Below are positions 39,719-50,639 of a stretch of DNA of 64,000 nucleotides, one piece after another. The stretch covers positions 33,046,001 through 33,110,000 of the forward strand of contig JAGIQG010000002.1 in the NCBI GenBank assembly GCA_024679065.1, written 5' to 3'. The notes beneath the pieces were generated by a model, which did no database searches, had not been told where the DNA came from, and saw only the letters and a program-made list of their open reading frames with translations. Made by a program: the position numbers and the translations under genes. Source of the DNA: Sphyrna mokarran. Lineage: Eukaryota. Within the stretch, counting starts at the first letter, position 1, and every line of letters starts with the position of its first letter.

Positions 39719-41481
39719 TAGATGATTCCCATTGGCTTGAATTGGTTTCTGTTGTGGCTCAGGTCCATTTGAATTGGTTGTTTTATATGTATAGGCCACC
39801 TGTGGAATGAAGCTGGCCTGCTTTATCGTAGCTAGGGCTCTAAGACATGGAACACTGTTTTGGCTTGAAATGGCAACAATTGTGGGTAGTTGGGTAGTAG
39901 TTGTAGGAATTGCAATATTTATAGGTTTGGCACTTGTTGAATTTCCTTCAGTAACACTATCATTTTCTATCTGTTCTTTTTTTAAACAGGACAAGTTTAA
40001 GGGCTCCTCCTGAACATAATGAACACTGCTGTGGTAAACACTAGTTATTGTAGGCCTTTCAAGTCCCTCTTTTTGCTGCCTTGGAAGTGATAGATCAAGA
40101 GGTTCTAACTGTAAATCCTCTTGGTTGCTATCAGGTGTGTTGAGATAGCTTTGTGAATTTCTTGAAGACGCAGAGGAGAGATTCAGTGGTGATGGAGAGG
40201 GAGTACCACTCCTTGAAGGATCTGCCGTCACATTAAGAGGCGTATTAGTAGTTTGAGATTCAGTCAGCCTATCAAGAGTCTCTGAATTTGCTGTGTTGCC
40301 TTGTAAATCACTAACAGGTGATGAATCTGTATGGCTGACATGTAGTTTTGGTTTGACCTCCTCGTTGCTTGGTGTGGGGGAGGAAGGACAAGATGGTTGG
40401 ACTGGAATCTGACCAGTTTGCATTTTCTCAAACCACTTTCGCACTTTTTCTATTGGTAGGTTTACTGCAACTGAAATCTTTGCCAATTCCTCTGATGTTG
40501 GTTGTGCATTCAATGCATAATAAGCTTTCAGAAGTGACAACAGATTCTTCAATGGTTCTTGATCTGAAGAGATGCTGTCTTCTGTTGATGCAGAAGCTCC
40601 AGAGATCTTAATACTGCTCTCTCCTGAATGAGTTTCGGTTTTTAGTTGATAGTGCTTTAGCTCATGAAGTGCATTTAGCCCACCAGGACATTCATTACAA
40701 AGCAGGCATGTGTTACTAACTCCTTCTACACTGGTCTCAGTTTTTTCAGTTTTGACTGTGAGGTCTTCTGGTGGCTTTTCATTTGTACAATTGTCTGCGA
40801 GGTTAGGAATCTCCTTCTTCAAATTTTGTGGCACAGCTTGGAGTTGGCTTGGCTCCAAGCTATAATTGATGATGATTTTGGTTGTTCCATCCTGATCAAT
40901 CAAAGGAAGACTGATTGACGAAATGAGGGAATGACTGTTTTGTTGAACTGATGCAGAAGAGACTGTTCCTGCTTCTTTGGAAGGGAGAGTGACATGATTA
41001 TTTTCTAATACTGCAACCTTAAGAACATTCTGAATGTCACTTAGATTTATGCTAATAGGAGAAACGAGGCCAACAGTTGGCAATACAACAGCCTGAACAA
41101 CACTCTGAGGTGAAGTTGTAACCTGGAGAGGGTTATTGCCACTAAACCCTCCATTTTGGAAAGAGCTTGCACAGTTGATACCAGAGGTCACGACCATAGT
41201 TTTATACTCATAATCCACAGGCTCAGTTTTGATTTGGTTTACGGTAGGCTGTTCTTGTAAAGGCTTACTGTTCTCTAGCTTATGACGAAGTTGTGTTCTA
41301 GCAGGGCTATTAATTGATGGTGAAAGAGATGGAGAAGTGCCTTGAGGTGTCTTGATTCCTGAACGTGCTCTACCATTAAGTGATATAAGACCAATGCACT
41401 TCTTACTACTGATGTGTGAACTGTAAGAGCCTGAGTGGGAAAACCGTTTCTTGCAGTTAGGGCATTCATATGGCTTTTCTC
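39719..41481 (-). CDS. ZEB1: ZEB1 large central exon (exon 7 equivalent), 1763 nt: C2HC finger 4, Smad-binding region, homeodomain-like domain, CtBP-binding PxxLS motifs
   Basis: Part of ORF 39614..41506. Contains [58 protein letters not shown]...[24 protein letters not shown] and the IKTE SUMO-consensus motif. Acceptor ctag|GA at 41482-41483; donor CTA|gtaagt at 39717-39718. Confidence 0.98.
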
Positions 41482-41689
41482 CTAGAAGAGACAGAGAAGG
41501 TAACACAAATCAGATATTTCTTCTCATTTTACACAGCTCCTTCTCACATCAGATCACAAAATATCTATTTTTACCCAAAGATATTTTTAGATAAATCTTG
41601 TAAACCTTGAAGATGTACTTCAGCCAGCATTATCTTTTGAAAAAGGGGATAATATTGTAACCAAGATAGTGCAGACAAATTCAAACTCC

Positions 41690-41990
41690 CATAGCCTTTG
41701 CATTCAAGTTAAGTATTAGCACTTGGGTTAATTGAGCTCATGATGACCATGAAACCCTTGTTGATTGCCAGAAAAATCCATCTGGTTCACTCATGTCCTT
41801 TAGGGAAGGAAATCTGCTTTCTTCATCTGGTGTAGCCTACATGTGATTCCAGAACCACGGTGATGTTGTTGACTCTCAACTGCCTCTGAAATGGTCTAGC
41901 AAGCCACTAGTTCAAGGGCAACTAGGGATGGGCAATAAACACTGACCAGCTAGTGACACCCAAGTCTCACGAATGAATAAAAAAAAAAAT
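41690..41990 (+). mobile_element. SINE family B
   Basis: Core tctggttcactcatgtcctttagggaaggaaatctgc and tail agggcaactagggatgggcaataaa, then an A-run. Confidence 0.85.
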
Positions 41991-42059
41991 CATACATTGT
42001 AAATTCTGAGAAATGCAATGAGATGGAAGGACACCAAAGATGAAATAACATCTGTCTGA

Positions 42060-42420
42060 TAGGCCTTCAAGAGAAAATCAAGGGCCCAAATATCACAGAC
42101 TTTGTTGCCCAGCTATTGAAGAACATGCTGGAACATGAGGATGAGCTGCTTCTGGATTGCGCACACAAAGTGTTACGGCAAAGTCCAGACTGGGAGAAGC
42201 TCTTTGGCCCATCATTGCACAAGTAATTACACCTCAGCACGAGGCACAATCCTGCAGCAAGCAACACAGGCTTGGAGGCAGCAGGAAAATAAACTGTTGA
42301 TATTTCCAGATTTCACCCTAGCGTTAGCAAGAAGGGCAGCCTTTGCTGATGTCAAACCATTCTGTGCGACTGTCCTGGAATGAGGTTTAGGTTGGAAAAT
42401 AAAGCCCGCCTTCCAGTTTG
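42060..42420 (+). mobile_element. L1/Tx1-type LINE ORF1 C-terminal remnant
   Basis: ORF 42135..42383 ends in ..ENKLLIFPDFTLALARRAAFADVK, like the L1 ORF1p C-terminal IFPD...RR..F..VK motif. Confidence 0.6.
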
Positions 42421-44049
42421 CGAGATTGGGCTGTCTATTTTTGTATTTTTGCTATTTTCTCCCTCTCTGTGGGTGTAATTTGGCCTCCTCCGAGCCCACC
42501 CGCTTTCTCATGATTGGTTCCTTGTGACCGATGTGAGAGTGGGGTCCTGGGTTGTGGCATCTGCCAATGTCAGTAGTTGGGACAGAGATGGGGCAGGATT
42601 GGGGGAGGGGGTGGGAACGTTGGTGGTGGTGGCTCCCCACTGAGGAGGGATCCCAGGCTACTGTTACAAATGATAGATTTTGGCTAGAAGGCCCTTGACT
42701 CTGACCTTGGAAGATACAATGGTCCTGGGCGATCCCTCCAAGTCCGCAGAAATTATTAAATCATTTCTCATGGAATACATGTGTCGCACCCATGAAAATT
42801 TCTTAACCCTACTAGTAGGTAATACTTTTTTTCCCCCACTTGGCCATTGAATGTATTTGCGTGTAGGCTACTTTTTGGTAGATAATAAGTTGCTCCCAGC
42901 TGTGTACTCATGCTCCTCCAAAACAACTGTAATCCCTGACATTGGGCTTAGTAGTGGAGAAGAGGGTGGGCACTCTTATGCCTTGGCAATTTAATACTTG
43001 TCTGCTCTCTGATGATGAATTTGTTTATATTTCAATTAACCCAGATTGTTGAATTCTTAATTTAACAATGCTCTGGGAATCTTAGCAGCTGCCTTATGCG
43101 ATACACTGAAGGCTTATTTAAGGGGCCAGATCACATCTTATTCAGCACGAGGCGAAGCAGAGGAAGGAAGGTATTGGAATTGCTGGGGCATATCACCCAA
43201 GTTGATGCCGCATACATTGCTGGCCTGTCCCCAGAGGTACATAAAGGAACATTTACCACTACTGATGGGGTGAAACCCTATCCTCACTTAAGTGGAAAAG
43301 ATGCTGTTCAAATATAAATAATGATGTAAAGATGCCGGTGTTGGACTGGGGTAAACACAGTAAAAAGTCTGACAACACCAGATCCTTAGTTGCTTCGAAC
43401 AGATAAGGGCTACAGGTGCAGCAGGAAATGGGGAACGCTAACTGAATGTTGGCCCTTATTTCAAGGGGATTGGAGTATGAGGGTAGAGAACTCTTGCGTC
43501 AGCATCACAAAAACTGATTTCCTGATTGTTACGACATTAATTGTGGGAGCTTTGTATGGATGTTATAACATTTCCTGCATTGTAACAGTGAATACATTTC
43601 TAAAGCGCTTTACGAAAACCAGTGGATATGAAAGGTGCAATATAAATGCAAGTCTTTTTTGGGATCTTGCTCTATGAAAAATTACTATTGTTTTTACCGA
43701 GCATTAATTACTATATTTCAAAATTAACTGTGAAATGCTTTGAAACATTACCGAAGGATGATGTTGAGCACACTTCTCTATCTAATCAACCGGAGACGTT
43801 CTAGCATATTATTCTGACACGAATACAATGAATATTCTGGAGAGGGTGCAGAACAAATTTGCAGCAGTTTCAGGGATGAGGGACTTCAGATTGGAGAAGC
43901 TGGATTTGTTCTCCTTAGAAAGTTGAAAGGAGATTTGACAGAAATGTTTATAATCAGGAATGGTCTAAACACAGGGAAATTATTCCCAATGGCTGAAGAG
44001 CTGAGAAGCAGAGAACATTGATTTAAGGCAATTTACAAAAGAATGGCCT

Positions 44050-45065
44050 GTATTGCCAAAAAAGACCCCAAATCAAAATGGGAACACTTATCAGCCAGAA
44101 GCCTTCTTGGCTGCCAGGGAACCGTACGTTATCAAAAATCACCTGTATACCAATTGTGTAGAAGGCTTCTGGCTGATAAGTGTTCCCATTTAGATTTGGT
44201 CTTTTTTGGCAACGCAAGCTAATTGGACTAAGGCTATGGCTCTGTGTTCAAGATGCCAAAGCTAAGGAAATTAATGTGATTTTCCACATGAGCAAACAGG
44301 GCATTAGTTACAGTCTTACTGCAGCTGACAAAAGAAAAACAAACAGGTCTCCTGATGATCCCGGAAAGATCCTGAGGCATAGAAGTTGAAAGCAGTTACC
44401 CTTGCAGCCATTGGCAACGCATTGAGTTTGATCATGGCTCAAGTTGCTGCTGGACCACACAACGTATGTCTGTCATCACCTCATGGCTTCATGTCAGTCA
44501 TTTTTGACACTGGTTTTCTGTCATATTGATGTCCTAGACCTGTACACCTCTCCCACTGGTAAATTACCCTGCCTCTCCTCCTCTTTTCTGGTGCATGGGC
44601 AAAAGCCCCTCCCTCCTGACCTGCCTTCCAGCTGCTCAGAGGCTGGCTTTTTTGGCTTCTGTGAGGGTGCCATGTTCATCTTTTATGTTCCTTTGCACAA
44701 AGTGCTATGCACCCTTTCTCCAACACAAAGGTGTTCCTGCCATTTGTATCCACAAGTCAGGAGCCAAAATAACTGCCCTGCGAGATGAGGAGTGCCTCCC
44801 CGCTACCTCCTATTTGTCAGGTTAAATGAAAGAAGTTGGAATTTATTTAGTTGGACAGTGAATAAAATTTTAAAAGCAAGTTGCACAGGGGACTCTACCT
44901 CTCCAAAGGGGCACCTCAGTTATTCAAAGAAATGCTCAAAGATCAGACCTACTTTTACCAGGTCTACTTTCCACACTCAGGCTTCAACACTCCTAGCCCA
45001 TCAAAAGCTGAATGGAGCGAAAGCAGCTGCTGACAAGGCAGCTGCCCCATAAAATATCCTGGCAA
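44050..45065 (-). mobile_element. Degenerate PIF/Harbinger transposon (HARBI1-like transposase remnant)
   Basis: Minus-strand frames give NMTENQCQK*L, NALPMAARVTAFNFYASGSF, SGDL, TVTNALF and IQVIFDNVRFPGS. These match the Harbinger motifs ALNFYASGSFQ and ARFPGS.HD. Confidence 0.75.
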
Positions 45066-46772
45066 AAATGTAAAGTGTCATGTTCAGGCTGGAAATTAGG
45101 ATTTTTGGGCAGTACCATTATTTTTGTCTTGACAGATAGCCTTCTCCATGGTGCCAAAAAATCTGGACCTATGACTCTGAGGAAGAGATAGCCATCTCAC
45201 CTGAAGGACAGCACCATCAACATCCTACACTACAGCACACAAGATACTGATACTCTGTTCCTTGTATGGGACTTCAACCCATTAAGCCTCCAATCCAGAG
45301 GTCTTAAAAAAAAAAGTCGAGTCTTTCAGATCCTTTTCACAAACCTCATTACTAAAATGATCTTTCTGACTGACCTTCTAAAACAATTATAGTGGAAATT
45401 TCAAGAAGAAACAAAAAAATGCTCACACTAGTCAAGAGATGTATGATCTCAGCCAAAGTATTATGTCTGAAATCCAATTTTTTGTATGAGAAATGACTAC
45501 ATGTGGGAGTCCAAGAATAAAACCTTATTTAATATCATCCCAGGAATTACCTAATCCAAATTATACAGCCTTCCTAAAGGGAAACTGTCTAAACATTAGT
45601 CACTTACTGGTAAGCATTACTAGTTGGAAAGCTGAGGCCAAAAGTTCAAACTATGACCCCTCTAGCTGGTTCATTCACTTGACACAGATTGGATGCAATT
45701 TGTACATGAGCCTTTGAAGAAAACCTTTTTGGTTTGGTGGCTGATGTTCTTTAACTTGCTCTCTGTGGTCAATCCAAAAAAAATTTCAGATTTTGCTAGC
45801 CATTGCGCTGTTGATTACTGAAACAGGAAATTTGCCATGTAATGGAACTCTTGACAGCCTTATCCAAAATGATTGGTGACTTGATACTCTGGGCAGTCAA
45901 GAATGCTTGACTAGTGCATCTCAACAGGTTAGCAATTTATATAATAATATCCACCAGCAAAAACGTAACCTTAAGTGTGGGCAAGTGTAGAAATTTAGAT
46001 AAATGTTATTCCATAAATCTATCAGTATGCTCTCCCGCTATATACAATTTGGTAGCGCATCCTCCGGAATTGGCTTTGAAAATGTATTGACTGCCATAGA
46101 TTCCATGATACATTCTTGCGAAAAAATTCTAATCAAGACTGAGGAAAATATACTCAAATCCTTTCAGAATAATGATCTTTTTACTCCTTTAAATTTGGTT
46201 CAACGTGAAGTACAGCTTCCCACAGTTTGATAATTTCACAGTATTCGGTAAACATTGGCAGGCTATTTGACTGTGGACACCTCTGGCAAGCTCAATTCTG
46301 TCTTCACCTGATGGAGACTACTAATTAGCAATCAGCAACAGATATCCTGCTTGGTTTTTGCACAACTGAGGCTAGTTCACATGCACTAAAAGCAATTTAA
46401 GAATTGCAATTGTTAGTCCTGCTGATACCAGCTAGTGCAGCACAGATAAGGAACTGAACTGAGGAACATTTTCATTTAGCTAAGGTTAGATGATGCAGGC
46501 TTTTGTGGAGCATTAGCATATGATTTGCACCAAATGTCCTGATTCTGTGCTGTATTAAAACGTTACATTTATTATTAGTCACAAGCAGGCTTACGTTCAC
46601 ACTAAATGAAGATGCTGTGAAATTCCTCAATAATCGATGCAGTTACATTGTTATTTCCGGAGCTACAAAACAAACAACTGATTGGTCATCACCTTCCATA
46701 ATTTAAAGATTCACTCGCAGTATCTTACCACCTAAGTAATTCCAGATCTTTTAAACAAATATTTGCAAGGAC

Positions 46773-47090
46773 AATGCAGTGGCATAGTGGTTAGCACTGC
46801 TGCCACACAGTGCCAGGTACCCACATTCAATTCTGGCCCTGTGTGACTATTTGTGTGGAGTTTGCACATTCTCTCTATGGCTGCGTGGACTTCCTCCAAG
46901 TGCTACGGTTACCTCCCACTGAGTAAAGATGTACAGATTAGGTGGACTGACTGTGCTAAATTTGCCTTACTATCAGGAGGATTAGTGGGGTAAATACAGG
47001 GTTGGGTCAAGGGTGGGATTATTATCGGTGCAGGTTCAATGGGCCAATTGGCCTTCATTTTGTATAGTATGGATTGTATGATTTTATGAA
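46773..47090 (+). mobile_element. V-SINE, CR1-type tail (B)
   Basis: Full head, V-domain and atgggccaattggccttc...tgtatagtatggattgtatga tail. Confidence 0.85.
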
Positions 47091-47451
47091 TTCTAATTGC
47101 AAGCTTTAGGAATTGTGGAAAGGCAAAATAACCGCATGGAAGTGACCAATTTGAACACATCTAGTACTAAGCTATAACGTGAAATTTAAAACACAGCATA
47201 CAAGGATACTGAAAATTAGTAGTATTGACACGAGACATAAATAATGATCTGTTCAGGCAAGATTAAAAAAAAGGAGCAACTACAGAATATTTTCATTCTG
47301 ATTTTTTTTCCTCTTAGCCCAAATTTACAGATTCCAATGAGTTTCCTTGGTCAGTAATACGGGAAGTAGCTTATTCAGCTGAAAAGTGAAGATGATGGGT
47401 CATTCCAAAGACAGTCACAATATTCTCTGACTGAGGTCAGTGAGAACTCAG

Positions 47452-47701
47452 TAAGAATTTAGCAACGCCAATTTTTAATTCAACTGATTTATTTGATAGT
47501 AAAATTGCGAGCTTTCAACACTCTTGTGTCTTCCTCAGGCAATGCAGAACACTGCATTTGCCTGAGGAAGACACAAGAGTGTTGAAAGCTCGCAATTTTA
47601 CTATCAAATAAATCAGTTGAATTAAAAATTGGCGTTGCTAAATTCTTAGAGTTCTTACCACCCCAATCCAACGCCGGCATCTTTACATCATGACTACTAT
47701 C
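47452..47701. mobile_element. Young Penelope-like-element-derived palindromic insertion
   Basis: Inverted repeat 47452-47648 (arms ~96 bp, one bulge, loop AACA), followed by the terminus ...ccccaatccaacgccggcatctttacatcatg, which also occurs inverted at ~43320-43380. Direct repeat GAGGTCAGTGA(gaa)CTCAGTA on both flanks. Family assignment is from recalled consensus. Confidence 0.75.
47558..47595 (+). ncRNA. Minimal type I hammerhead ribozyme motif (mirror copy on the minus strand at 47505-47542)
   Basis: TTGC-CTGAGGA-A-GACAC-AAGA-GTGTT-GAAA-GC-TC-GCAA: CUGANGA and GAAA cores, 5-bp stem II, palindromic AGCT stem III, UC cleavage site, 4-bp stem I. Confidence 0.7.
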
Positions 47702-48269
47702 GAGGTCAGTGACTCAGTATTTCAGAAGTAGGTCTTAAACTAATGGTTATACCAATTGGACCAAAACAGCTGACACAACCAAAATCTCACTACAAGGTAG
47801 ATAAAAAATAATAAGGTCACAGAAAAACCAAATCAGTTTTGCTCAGTCACTTCAAACAATATTGGCAATATCTCAAAAGGTGCCCTTAACACAAAAATCA
47901 GTTTAATGGGAAAATATGTTCTCTTTGGTTGAAGCAAGTCCCTGGCCTTGTGTGTTTTTTGGATTTAAAAAGGAGGATCAAATCCAAAGAATGACTTCTA
48001 GTGCAAGTGCGTGTGTCAAGCAACATGGTTATCTTTTCAAACATGTCCCATTTCAAGATATATATTTCCTGAGTATCGGTGATGTTGGTAGATTTTGTGC
48101 ACTTTTAATTCCCTAAAATCAAATCTGCATGCATAATTGCAATACAAAGCTGCTTCAAAGATCAAAACGGTGACCTTGTTTGTTAGTAATTAATATGGGA
48201 ACAGAAAAAAAAAAACAGTATGTTCCTACTGAAGAACAGTGATGGGGGGGTTGGAAAGAAAAAAGAAGG

Positions 48270-48892
48270 GATAAATAAATCTTTTGGTATCAGTTGAGGC
48301 ATAGATTTTAAAAACAGGGAAGTCATATTGGAGTTGTACAGAACTTTGGTGAGGCTACAGCTGGAGTACTGTGTGAAGTTCTGGTCACCACATTATTGAA
48401 AGGATGTGACTGCACTGGAGGGAGTGAAATTCACAAGGATGGTGCCTGGGATGGAACATTTAAGTTAAGAGGCTGTGTAGACTTGGTTTGTTTTCATTGG
48501 ATCAGAAAAGACTTGATGGGCAACTTATACAAAGTATGTAAGATGAGAGACAATGGACAGAGTAGATAAGGAGTAGCTCTTCCCCTTAGTTGAAGGGTCA
48601 CTCACAAGGGAACATGGGTTCAAGGTAAGCAGCAGGGGTTTTGGGGGGTATGAGAAAAATTTTTTTTACCCAGGTGGTAGTGACATGTGCTGCCAAGCAG
48701 AGTGCTGAAGGCAGGTTGCCTCACATTCTTTAAAAAAGTACCTGGATGAGGACTTGGCACATCATAAAATTCAGGGCTATGGGCCAAGTGCTGATAAATG
48801 GGGATTAGGTGGGAGTTCAGGTGTTTCTAATGTGTCTGTGTGGACTTGATAGGTCGAAGGGCCTCTTCTGCACTATGGTTCTATGATTCTGT
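48270..48892 (+). mobile_element. CR1 LINE 3' end
   Basis: ELYRTLVRLQLEYCVKFWSPHY; tail gggcctcttctgcactatggttctatgattct. Confidence 0.85.
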
Positions 48893-49738
48893 ACCTTCAT
48901 GATTGCTACTGATCAATGAAACCTTCAAATTCATTGATAAACTACTTTCATGATAATAAATGGAGAAAAATCAACTAAATGTTACTAAGTTATGACAACT
49001 TGAATTTACATTAGGCATGAATTTTCTGGATGGCTTAACCCATCCCTGCTGACTCTGACTGGCCCACTACCATTTCATGTCAATTTGAGCATCAACTCAC
49101 AGTTGGCAAATCTCCCATTTGCCTTGGAAGGAAATCATGCCTTGGAGAGCCACAACTCTCCAGCCTATCCTGGCACGGTGCTGCAATGGCTAGAAAGGGT
49201 ACAGCAGCATTCAGCCTCAGACAAAGTCTCAGGACCACATTTGACAAAGTCTTGGGAGGATTCAGGACAGGAAGATAGGGAGTACCCAGGAAGGATCAGG
49301 AGGGAGATGATCTGAGTACTGGGGGGCTTGGGAATGTTCAGATCAGATGGATGGCTGCCTCAAATCTGAAGGGGTTATAAAATGGATACTTAAGGGCCTT
49401 ATAATAGGGGAAAGAATGAGTCATCCATCTTATCCCCTACCCATCCCACCCTGAAACTGCAACCGTGTCAGGGCAGGCGGGACTCCAGAGGGAATCCATT
49501 CCATTTTATTTTATCATTTAGATGCATCTTATTCTCCTTTTTCCCAAAAAGAAAATTCAATTGCAACATGAAGTATTTCTGAAGGAAGTCACCTGTCATG
49601 CATTCAGAGGTGATGGTAGAGATAGAAACAATCAGACAAGCAATGGCAATTGAAGATATACAGTACATTGTACTAACAAGAATCTTCTTTCACAATCTGC
49701 TTGAGGCACTTAGACACCAAAAATAATTCTGCACCTAC

Positions 49739-49847
49739 CACTGTGGATGCGTAAGTGCTCCTTCAGATGATGCTTGTATTTAAATGCTTTTCCACATTCA
49801 GTGCACTTGAATTTCCGGTTCCCACCCGTCTGTGTTACAACATGGCG
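49739..49847 (-). CDS. ZEB1: ZEB1 coding exon (exon 6 equivalent), zinc finger 3, 109 nt
   Basis: ctttaag|CGCCATGTT...CACAGTG|gtaggt encodes [37 protein letters not shown]. Phase 0/1 fits both neighbours. Missed by the ORF track. Confidence 0.97.
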
Positions 49848-50180
49848 CTTAAAGAAAAATTAAAAGACAAAAAGGTAAGTAAATGCTTTTTCAATTGATT
49901 ATTTTAGATTTACCAGTCAATATTACATACCATAAAATTTAGTCTTAGACTAAAATGTAAGACAAAAAAATTAGGGTGCACGAGTAATAGTTTTGAAGGG
50001 TTGAAATTAGTTCCCATCATTTCACTACCTCAGAGGTCAGAGACTGTTCCTGCTGATCCCATCCCCAAAATTAGCACAAATGGAGCCAGACAGACACTGG
50101 TGTACACAAAACATATCAAAACAGCAAAAGGTATATGACAAAATATATACAATTTAAGTCTGTTTCCTTTTACACTGTCC

Positions 50181-50492
50181 TCAACCACTAAAGCCATACA
50201 GGGTCCGCCCCTGGCACTTTAGCCCATACACTATATTCATGACAGTCACCATTTTGCACTTGGCATGTTCAGTGTAGGTCACTGAGTCCCTGATCGCATT
50301 CTCCAAAAACACCTTCAACACCCTGCGGACCTTCTTGTAGATCAAGCTGGAGATACGCTTGACACCTCCGCAGCAAGCCAGATGCCTGATGGCAGGCTTG
50401 ATAATGCCTTAAATATTGTCGCAGAGCACCTTGTGGTGCTAATTGGCTATGGCTTTACCAAGCCCTTTACCACCTTTCCCTTTACGTGACCT
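50181..50492 (-). pseudogene. H4: Histone H4 retro-pseudogene in ZEB1 intron 5
   Basis: 312 nt = exactly 103 codons plus TGA, no indels: (R)[103 protein letters not shown] has become AGG, there are two internal stops and many R>C/H CpG-decay changes. Flanked by the direct repeat ATATACAATTTA at 50145-50156 and 50509-50520. Confidence 0.95.
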
Positions 50493-50639
50493 GATCAATA
50501 CCAATCACATATACAATTTACTCTAGCTTCTTTCACAGCATAGACAAGGATATTATTTAGAAACACGGCATGTTGCAATAATGCATCAATTATAATGTTA
50601 AAACCCATTTAAAAAAATTACCCTTGTGTTCTGAATCAA

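Noticed and set aside
39614-41506. 630-aa ORF as a stand-alone intronless gene
   Set aside because: It is ZEB1 exon 7 plus intronic overhangs; canonical splice sites delimit it.
47489-47680. ORF, pre-miRNA or CRISPR-like reading of the long palindrome
   Set aside because: It is a single inverted repeat with a retroelement terminus and TSD. There is no spacer array, and the stem is far longer than a pre-miRNA.
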